Shown here piece after piece: positions 53,990 to 64,000 of a stretch of 64,000 bases of DNA. Under the pieces are notes generated by a model that had not been told where the DNA came from, ran no database searches, and worked only from the letters and a program-made list of their open reading frames with translations. The stretch lies in the NCBI RefSeq assembly GCF_006345805.1, contig NC_043003.1, forward strand, positions 43,338,001 to 43,402,000, in the 5' to 3' direction. Numbering within the stretch: the stretch's first letter is position 1; the number at the start of each line of letters is the position of its first letter. This DNA is from Octopus sinensis. Its lineage: Eukaryota. The position numbers and the translations under genes were made by a program.

Positions 53990-54900
53990 ACTAAATTGGG
54001 AATAATCCCATTCCCAGTTGCAGTACAGCTTTTCTAGGAGATCGGCGAATAAGTCTGGCACATTTACGTAATCGTCCTACAGAAGACCATTCAAACCAGG
54101 TGACTTGCGCCTGGTGCAGCCGACAAGGCATACTGAAAGCTGGATGAATCTATCTGCCTTTAAAAGCACTCACCGTCGGCCGTTGAGAGATATGGCGAGC
54201 CGCTGACGTAGGGACTGGAATCCATTACCGTCTCTGACCCGCCACTCTCCAGGAACAGCTGAGTAAAGTGCTAGTGGAAGGCCTCATGCATCTGCCTGGA
54301 ATCGCTCAGATCGTGACAGTCTTGTTTGGTCAAATACCGAATTGTGGTCTTGCTGCCACGCCACGCCTCTCACGTGAGAACATCGAATAGCTTAGGTCTC
54401 CTCGTTTCTCAGAGCATGTGACTTAGCTCTGGCAATGCACCCTTATAGTTTCACATTAAAGAAATTGTATGCCATTCTCGCTGCTAGCACGTCGGTTGCA
54501 ATGACACAACAAGGACTCTCGTCTAACTTACCTACTAGCTTCCCCTACTTTCTATTTTTACTAAGGCTACTTTTTTGCAAAACCCAATCTATTTTGCTCA
54601 AATCTCTCTTTGAGGTCTCATCATCACCTGTTGTTGACGATTCTACCTGTCAAATTTTGCTTAACTAACTTGTTGACCCGGTCCCTGTACACCTTACATG
54701 TCGGAAACAACATGTCCAGCTTTCAGTATCCGAGTTCCAATCTATGCGTGATATCTAGGTCGACTGATTACAATCTTGTGATCTGAGTAGTCGACAGTTT
54801 TAAAAAGTGGATATCCTACAGATTTACCGTCTATTTTCCTAGTGAAAATCCTCTCTATATGCGATCTAGATATCCTTATGCCGTTGGTCCAGGGCCACAC
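53990..54900 (-). mobile_element. Possible I/Nimb-clade LINE remnant (RNase H-like)
   Basis: Reverse-strand fragments YSMFSRE..GVAA, KTVTI(frameshift)SDS and *WIP occur in RNase H motif order. Confidence 0.3.
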
Positions 54901-54989
54901 TTGCGCATTAGGGAAATCTCGGCGTTAAATGTCATAGAGCTGGAACTGATTGATCATGTGCTTGAGGCTTTTGCACACCCCGCTTGTAT

Positions 54990-56258
54990 CAGCTACTCCC
55001 ACACAATTCCAGTGTGCGTCTAAGATCCTTAAAGAACTGAAAAGTTGGATAGGGGATAAAACCCAATTTAGAAGAGCTCGAGAAACAGTGTTATTAGGGA
55101 CAACTAGTATACTAGGGAGAGTTCTTGGCATCTAAGATTACTTGTTGTAGCCCGATGTCTGGATTTTCGTCTGTTCCAACAGTCTTATCTGTTGTGTATA
55201 TAAGAAAATAATAATCAGCTAATGTGATGAAAAGTGGAGTAGACCCACAGTGCAGATCTCGTAACGATGAGATTGAAACAGTGGACCACCTAATCTCTGG
55301 GTGTAAATTCTCAGCACCTTTAGAGTATAGATTAAGAAGACATGACAGAATTGATCAATATGGACACTGGATAATAAGTCGGCGGTATAAAATCAAAACT
55401 GCCGAGGAATTGAAAAAGCACCAGACATATGTTGTAACTGAGGAAGAAAATGTAACGATGTTTTGGGACTTTCCAGTATATACACACCAAACCTTAAACC
55501 AGATATTGTTGTGAAAAACGAAAACAATAAAATCTGTTAAATGATTGACATGGACATGCCTTGTGATTATAATATTTCGGCAAAAGAGTTTAATAATCTC
55601 AGAAAAGATAAAGATTTGCTGATTGAAATCGAAAACATTCGGCAACTCAAGATGATTTCTATACCAGTGATTGGAACGATCAAAATGGTACTGAAAATTA
55701 TTTGAGGGTGATCCCTGGCTTACCATCCATGCAGGAAGTGTAAAAGATTGTCTTAACTAGTAGGTCACACGTGTTGAGGAAAGCATTTTTCTCTTTTTCT
55801 TCTTTCATTTTTCTTTCTGTCTATCCCTTTTCACTATTAAATGGCTTTGTAAATGCACGATTTGGTGTGTTTATTTGAATGGCCTACCAATGTATAGAGT
55901 GAGTTTCTTTGCCGTAGGTGTTGGGAAGACACTCGGCAACAAATGGAAACAAACTGAAAGAAAATAAGAAGAAAATATAAAAAACTATGAGGATTTAAAT
56001 TGGGAGACACGAAGGTTGTAGTTAATGGTGCACGTGGAATAGTTAATAGTGCACTTGGAAGTATCAGCATTCAACTGCCAACATGGCTGAAAAAGATCGG
56101 TGCAAGTGTGAATGCAGAATACCTACAAAAATCAGCATAGCCAGTAAAACAAATGTCACCTTAGTCTGCTGGCTGTGGACAGCTGACACTTTCATTCATA
56201 CTCAGCAATACAAGCCGTGAGTTTTCATACAACAACAACAACAATAATAATAATAATA
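54990..56258 (+). mobile_element. Stack of three R4/Dong 3' ends from different subfamilies
   Basis: 54990-55215 ETVLLGTTSILGRVLGI*; 55216-55980 CR...ETVDHLISGC...RHD...WDFPV...PDIVV; 55985-56258 ALGSIS...LQKSA. Each ends in an A/TAA-rich tail. Confidence 0.85.
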
Positions 56259-56800
56259 GATGCAGTACCAGGCAGTTTCTCCCGTGGCTTCTAATCTTAA
56301 CTCATTGGAAGTGTTATCATGTACATTGTTTTGTCTTGGTATAAAAGATAGGCTGCATGAAATATTCTGCTAAATACCATAGATTTGCTTGCCAATTGTT
56401 TGACCGTAACCAGTTGAGCATGTTCCTTAAAGACTGACGATATGTGCATCTCTGATCACGAGCAGAAGTATTGGGGGAGCATCATAGCCATGTGTCCCGA
56501 GGGTTTGAATAATTCACTTCTGGAAACATAGGTGTTTCGTTAAACATACTTAAACGACCCTTATTCAGAGACCTTTTGAGTGGGATGGGTTACTCGACCA
56601 GAGGAAAATTCTAACTGACCTGCAAGGTCATGTGCTATATATCTTGAAATGAGATCACCATGTTGCACACATATGGTTGTGATGCATGTGCCTAGTGTAC
56701 CCTTATCAGAATGGTAGTCATGATGGGTATACTGGGCTTCGTATATTTTACCCCAGTGTCACTTTCATGGCAAGCACTGAACTCTCACTCAATAATAATA
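56259..56800 (+). mobile_element. ~550-bp non-autonomous TAA-tailed repeat
   Basis: Homologous to 50558-51105; inserted after (CAA)(TAA)n. Confidence 0.85.
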
Positions 56801-56913
56801 ATATATTTGCGCTGCTCTCTCACTCAGTACATGCCTCGGTGGCATTTGAAATCATAACTTATTGATGGATGAAATGCCGCTGTACGTTTTTCTCGATGTG
56901 CAATAGGTTGTTA

Positions 56914-57001
<88 letters not shown>

Positions 57002-57099
57002 TGTAGTAGTTGTATTAGAAGTAGTAGTCGATGTTGTAGTGGTATTATAAACTCGTCGTTAAGCATTTATGCTTATTTAATTTCTCATTTCATATTGCC

Positions 57100-58240
57100 C
57101 TAAATATTTTAAGGTATTAACTTTTCTAGCAAATCAAATTTGATTTGTTTCAAATTCATATTTTAATTACGCGCTCGTCTATAGTCCAATGGAATATATT
57201 CTCTTGATATTACATACATCTTAATTTGTGTCCACCTATTTCCAATCTATAGTGTATTTGCAGACACTTCGTTACTATGATCCAAATTATATTGCCTGTA
57301 TATTTTGATATATAGATTATTTAATATTCTCTTCATCTTTTGTACAATATTAAGTCTTCTAATATGTATTATATTATTACAAGCTGATAATATTTATAAG
57401 TTTTCACATCAGGGTAACGAAATATTGCCTGTTAGATATATCTGCTAACTCCATCATCTATATAAACTTTCAAATTTTACAAGATGTGAGCAGCTACAAA
57501 AGACATATTCAATAAGTTCGTTTTTGTAATCCGTAGATATCTCTTACTGAAGCCTAATGTTTATTAAATTTTGGGCCGGCTTTGATTCTTGTGCTGTGAA
57601 TATCAAATCTGGTGCCTCTTCATTTAGCCTAGAATTTATTGAACACTTAATGCTCTTTAGTCACGCTCTCACAGCTGATTCCATACTGGCTATGGAATAA
57701 AGTACCTGTATATTGAAACATATGATTCTTTAAAGCAAAGTCCGTTTATACGAAGGATATAATTGTTTCCTCACACCATTGGTATTTAAATTTCAATTTC
57801 AATTAGGGAGTTACTAGAGTTCTGGTCATTCATTTTATTTAAATCTATTACATAGATCTTCCAATATCTGATGGTTATAATCACTATTCTTTGTTCTATA
57901 ATATTTGCTTTAGCAAATTATTTTATCACACTTTGAATTTGAATTTGTAATTATACGTTATTCATATACTATTACCATCAATATGCGGTTTCCCTTTCCC
58001 TGATTTTCGTTAATTTTGTTATGGTCCTCCAACTTTTATTTAGTAGATTTTCATCAATCTACTTCAGAGTAGGTATATCCGATGTTTATCGGCTTCAGAA
58101 CGCTGTTTGCAACGTTATAGTTGTAGTTCTACTGTTTAAACAGTTCGATTACCGAAACTTCCTCTTACTCGTATTGATATTATTGATTAATTTATAACCT
58201 GAATGATTTTATCAGTGAGTTGGCTAGAGTATTTCTCTCA
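57100..58240 (-). mobile_element. Very decayed CR1/L2-like endonuclease region
   Basis: Reverse-strand fragments TLANSLI, RKSGKGK, NHMFQY and EEAPDLIFT occur in APE-domain order. Confidence 0.4.
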
Positions 58241-59479
58241 TTAACTAATTTATATCATTAGCTTCACATATTAATATTAATGTCATACATTTTCATAATA
58301 ATTTCTTTTAAAACTACTTGTTTTCTGAGTGTTATCGCTTCGGCTTTACATTTTGTGTAAATGGTGGTGCTCAAATTCTCTGACTTCCGTACCTCACATA
58401 AAAGTCAGAAACATTCTCAGATTTAGTTAATTTAACTTACCTTTGGCACATATCTTTCAACCCACACTCATTGTCTTATTCTGAATAATTTGGTGTAGGC
58501 TCTCCATCTGGTTTATATCCTGACAGTTATATACATCGTTCCATTCAGTAAACTTTTTTTTCTGTTGTGAGAGTAAGACAGAAGAAAAGGTGGGATTGGG
58601 GGGTAAAATAACCTTGAAAGATACCTCTTACTTTGGGCATTTTCCTGGCGTTATTCATCGTTTCCCTGTCCTGCAATTAGATGGTTGTTTTCCAGTTTGA
58701 CAAGTAATAAATGCTGCAATGCTTAGATAATAGAGTTACTTTATGTATACGAAGTGTCTCTAAAATCGCTTAATGCTGTATGCTATCAAAGAGTATCCGT
58801 AAAAAAAAACATCCATATCTTGCTAAGGCTTATTTTCCCCTTTTTCTTCCTTAATAGCCTTGGCAGCTGATATTTGCAGTGCTTTTCCATGCATCTAATA
58901 TAAGTAATTGATCAAATGATCCATTTGTTTGGGTGTTTTTGTTACATACAACCTATCCAGGTATACTTTTACTTCCGTTTATTCTCACATGGCACACAGC
59001 GTTGTTTTCCTACTTAGTTTAATGTGACTATTTGAATCAAATATACGATCGTATGCAAGAGTTAATCGCACTTTTCAAAGCGTTTTCACCTGCAAGGATT
59101 TCAAATATAATGATCTTAATTTTCTTTTACATCCAGGGTGTGTATTTTTAGGCAGTTTCTATTTGATATTTGAACTGGTGAGCTGATTACAGAGATGAAA
59201 TGTGTGAATTAGTTATACACTGTATATGTGTTCATGGAAGTGAGAGGTGCGTGTGGAAAAGCTTGTGGAGTGAATATATTGTGATGCAGAATACATGATC
59301 CTAAAATGTTTCTGATAGTTTTCAGTAAAGTGGCTTTCATTTTCTCTACAACAATTCGCGGTTGTACATTCTTAGAACATACAATCATTGTTTCTCTCTC
59401 TACCTACATCTCCATGTCTTTCGCTCTCTCACACACATACAAATACACACAATCCACCGTGCACATACAGAGGCACATG

Positions 59480-59552
<73 letters not shown>

Positions 59553-59555
59553 CAT

Positions 59556-59676
59556 ATTGGCCTGCTCGCTTAGCCAGTGGAGTGGCGTCATTTGAAGGCT
59601 AAAAAATGCGAAGCGCATTGTGACTAGCGATGTGTAGCAACCTCTTATAGCCTGGTCGGTCACGGTGATCACGGTG

Positions 59677-59678
<2 letters not shown>
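59556..59678 (+). mobile_element. SINE 3' segment between microsatellites
   Basis: tattggcctgctcgcttagccag...ggtcggtcacggtgatcacggtgat with a short terminal duplication. Confidence 0.55.
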
Positions 59679-59728
<50 letters not shown>

Positions 59729-60148
59729 GATATATAAACGCATGTGTGTGTATGTTTATGTGTGCGTGCGTGTTTGTGTGTCTGTGTGAGTGTATGTTGC
59801 ATTATGCGAGTATCAGAGGAACTGAGATGTTCACGCGAAAACACTGCATCAGAATGAATATCTAGTTTCCTGAGAAAGTATAGTGTTAATAAAAATAACA
59901 TAGTACAGTGACAAGGGTAATTGAACGAACAATTCATCACTCATAAAATATCGTGGAAATGTGAGTATTTAATAAATGGAGAGAATATGGGAGCTCCATC
60001 AGCCAGTTCCAGATATTTTGGCCAAACAGCGTGAATATTTGAAAAAATATATATTCATCGTGATAGAGTAGACATTTTATTGATGTTACGTAGTCAGTTA
60101 TATGTAGAATTTGAAAATCCGGCAGCTGTTAAATTCGAATTTGAAAAT

Positions 60149-60315
60149 CCAAGGGCACTACAATACCTGTACATTTTTCAAGGGCACTACCATAACCGTA
60201 CGTGTTTCAAGGACACTACAATACCCGTTCATGCTTCAAGAGCACTACAATACCCGTGCATGTTTCAAGGGCACTACAATACCCGTACATGTTTCCGCAA
60301 CAACTATAATACCGC
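60149..60315 (+). repeat. 29-bp minisatellite, ~5.5 copies
   Basis: Unit consensus tcaagggcactacaatacccgtacatgtt. Confidence 0.9.
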
Positions 60316-60479
60316 AAATTAATTTAGTGCGATATCGTCGGTTTCAGTATCGAAAACCCTCTTTTTGAATACTCTAAACATTCTGGGAAAACTTACGAAA
60401 ACAGTGGCCACCATATCGTTTTTATTCTTTTAACGATTTAAGTCATAAGACTGCGTTTAGGCTTTCCTTTTAATTGGTT

Positions 60480-61150
60480 TTTTTCTTTTGTCAGCTTATT
60501 CTAGCTTTCTTAATGGAAGTTGGTCTATAAAGTTTGTGGCAGCTGAACCTCTCTGACTATATCATTAAATGATTGGCTACTACATTTGACATGATTGCTC
60601 CTAAGTCTTGTATATCATTACCGCTCTGAATTATTTTGTTACTTGATGTCAGATGTGATACTTGTGCATTTCCTTGGTAATAAATAATCTGAAATTTTGA
60701 TGTATTGAATTTCAAATTATTTTTTTCTGTCCGTTGAAAAATGAGGTTTAACTTATTTTAAAGTGTGACGGTATCGTCTGGAGTTTGATTAGCCACCAAG
60801 ATTTTTGTGTCACCAGCGTAACTCGTTAACTTGGCCCAGTACTCTTGCGAGCTTATAGCTGATTGGGCAATGTTAAATAATCATGGTCTTAGAATCGTGC
60901 CTTGAGGTATAGCACTGATTACAGATGTCTTTGTTGTGAGAAAACTATTTAAAGCAACAGATAATTTTCTATCTCATAAAAAGTCAACGACTCATTTTTA
61001 TGGTTTTCCTATGATACTAAGATCCCTTATTCTTTGACAGATCAATATTGTTACGTGTTTTAGGACAATCAAAGCTAATACAGTCACTGTACATTCTTCT
61101 CAACAGATTATTGAGAATAACGTTATAGCACTGCAATAGCTGAAAGAGGC
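60480..61150 (-). mobile_element. CR1-clade LINE RT remnant
   Basis: VISAIPQGTILRP (cf. SGVPQGTVLGP) and TSYAGDTKIL (cf. YADDTKI). Confidence 0.7.
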
Positions 61151-61778
61151 AGAACACTAGTAACTTAGTTTTGTTTCGCGGTGATATCTACCCTTTAGAA
61201 AAGGAAAATAACCTAATTTTAGATGCATTTATGACGAGGTACGATGGTACAAAAATTGCTAGCATAATCGAGCCATCTATCTTATACTTACGAAACCTTC
61301 ACAAGCGTATAGTTTTAGCTTTCAAAGACAATGGTCTGCTATTCTCAAGCTATTTGAGCTGCTACGCTATGGTTTTATCGGGGTGATTTTATAAACATCG
61401 TCGAATAATCCATACTTCTATCATTTCAATACAATTAATGTGAAATATACAGTAAATATTGGAAAATATGCATTGTAATATTTTTTCTCATTACGTAATG
61501 TTGCATGATTAGGTTGGCCATTTTCTATGTCTGTGTAACTATTTTTCAAATCACTGTCATTAAAATTGTCCGGGATTTAGTAAAATAAAAGCTATATTAC
61601 TATAATGAATGTCCGTTACAACATAGCATTATTATATTTTTATGCTCGTTTTTAAATTCCATAGTGTCCTCAGTAAAATTCATCTCATGTTTTCCGTAAA
61701 GTAAGTATCAATCAAATAATGGTATCGATTAAATCAACACAACTTATCTCCGAAAATATCTAACGCTGTCACTACATC

Positions 61779-61818
<40 letters not shown>

Positions 61819-62492
61819 TTAATAATAATAACAATAATAATGAAAATACTAACAGCAATAATAATAGCAAAAACAACAACAAGAGTAACGACAAAAATGA
61901 TAGATTATTTTTGTAGTTGTGAAATGTTTTTCTTTTATTTTCACAAATCGTATGATTTCTGATGTGAAACATAATAAAATTAAAATAACGTGTGTGTTCA
62001 TCAGCTCCGAAATCTTTAGAGAGAATATTTCTCCCATAGGATATTGGCAGTTTCAAGTAGTATAGATTATTTTTTATAATTATTTGTGTTTGATTTTTAT
62101 ATTGTTTATAAACTGTCGATGTTTGCAATTTTTTTTTAACTAAAATGGACGATTAGAAAATTGAAGTTAGTGTTTCAATTTATCATACACTTTTTCGCTT
62201 TCACCAGCTTACTGACAGCTCCAACCAAATTTCTGAGTAAATAGCAATTAATGACTGAATAGATGACTCTTATGTGACTTGATTCCGGTCATACTCTTTC
62301 GGCTGATGATATCTATGTGGTTGCTGTTGTAGTTGTCGATGTCGATAACGATGATGACGATGAGGACGTTGATAATAACAAAAAACAACGTCGATGATGT
62401 GTTTGCTCATGTGTGGATTTTTGTGGTTCGTGTATGTATGTATGTGTCTATACACACTTATATATCCATATATGCATATGCATGTGTGTGCG

Positions 62493-62528
<36 letters not shown>

Positions 62529-62567
62529 ATATATATATGTATATGTATGTATATATGTATGTGTGTA

Positions 62568-62603
<36 letters not shown>

Positions 62604-62658
62604 CATTTACATAAACTCATATATATATACATAGATAGAGATAGACATGGATATAAAC

Positions 62659-62701
<43 letters not shown>

Positions 62702-62704
62702 TAT

Positions 62705-63130
62705 ATAACCCTCCTCACGCAAAACCACTTGCTAAGAAGATCGATTCTCAATCCCACCACATGGTTCCTGCATGAGTAGTTGGGGCAAATCTCTTCCATT
62801 ATAACCTCGGACCAACCAAATCCTTTTGGGTGCAGATGGTAGACAGAAAGTGTAAGCGGCTCGTCTTATATGTATGTGTGTGTTTCTGTGTGTGCGTGTG
62901 GGAGAGAGAGAGACATAGAGAGAGAGAAAGAGATGGTGAGAGAGAGGGAGAGAGAGAAAGAGGGATTATGTGTGTGCATTTAATGCTCAGTCATTACAGG
63001 TTTTCAGCCCCACACCTTCGAGGGTTTTCAATCCCCCACCAGGAGATATGCTGATAAAGAGGTAAAGTTCAACTTCTAAGTACATGCAACCCCGAGTATT
63101 TTGCTCTATTGCATCCTCTTGGTCAAATAT
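62705..63130 (+). mobile_element. Composite SINE with internal (TG)/(GA) microsatellite
   Basis: Head gattctcaatcccaccacatggttcc...tataacctcggaccaaccaaatcc...cggctcgtc resembles the 14770/28285 family. Confidence 0.55.
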
Positions 63131-64000
63131 ATTTTTGATATTTTGCGAGCCTCTCATAACAAAACAGAAATCAATATTATACCGAATATTCTTCCAAGCG
63201 TGTGCATGGCTGTATCACTGACATTTCACTCAGTGAATATTCCACGTTTCACAGGATGTAAAATCCGTCGACATTTTAACTAAATACCCCTTTCACGACC
63301 GCAGTAAACTCAAATTTCATGCATGTACATACATTTCCATGTATTGTTTCTGTATTCAACCATACCAACGTATATATATATAATTTATATCTTTTGGTAC
63401 TTCAAATTATCTACTAACTCGTTTCTTGCCTTTACAAGCTTTTCATTCTCCATTTCTGTGTGACAAGTCTCATTCTCAGTTTCTTTCATTTCGTCTCTGG
63501 ATGTCTCAACTACTTTTCTTTCAATACTTTCTCAGCTTTATTCTGCCCCTTGGCATATGCAATTTGTACAGTTTAGTCAATATTCACATATATTCAGGGA
63601 TTATTTTAATGCACATGTTGTAAATCCCTGCACATTTATCATGAGTGAAGTGCTTTGATGTGCAGGGGATAATTGTTGATATTCAACATATATAGTCTAA
63701 ATTTCTAGACGACATATCAAAATGAAGAGAGAACGTAGCGAAAGCATCACATGGAGACGTAAATGATCCACGTCTCTACTTTTTATTTGTCTTGTCCTGG
63801 CCACGAGAATCTGCATAATCTCTGATTTCAATTATGTTATTTGTGAAGTAAGCAAACTCAAGTATTGTGTTACTTCTATTATTATGCTATTATACTTCTG
63901 GTTAACAGTATAATAATTTTTACAGTTACTTGATATGTACTTACTCTATATGTTCACATAGAATTGTATTTTCATAATTATTTCGGATACTCATTCACTG

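Noticed and set aside
60149-60315. CRISPR-like periodicity
   Set aside because: The units are contiguous with no unique spacers, there are no cas genes, and the context is eukaryotic.

Overview
This is AT-rich eukaryotic DNA packed with (TA)n, (TG)n, (TAA)n and (GAT)n microsatellites. The SINE and LINE repertoire most resembles an octopus (coleoid cephalopod) genome, which is an inference. I found no host gene I can support, so the window reads as a large intron or gene desert, and almost all listed ORFs are microsatellite artefacts or transposon remnants. Recognisable content: several Penelope-like element (PLE) families (RT/GIY-YIG remnants), R4/Dong-clade LINEs with (TAA)n tails, an RTE LINE, Tx1/L1 and CR1 remnants, two mariner relics, a solo LTR, many tRNA-derived SINEs and a recurrent ~550-bp TAA-tailed non-autonomous element. 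The most notable signal is a set of minimal type-I hammerhead ribozyme motifs at PLE termini with non-canonical catalytic cores: UUGAAAA (U3-A8 swap, two copies with a compensatory helix-II change), CUGUNGA (U6) and UUGACGA. Coordinates were read by eye, and boundaries of degenerate repeats are approximate.
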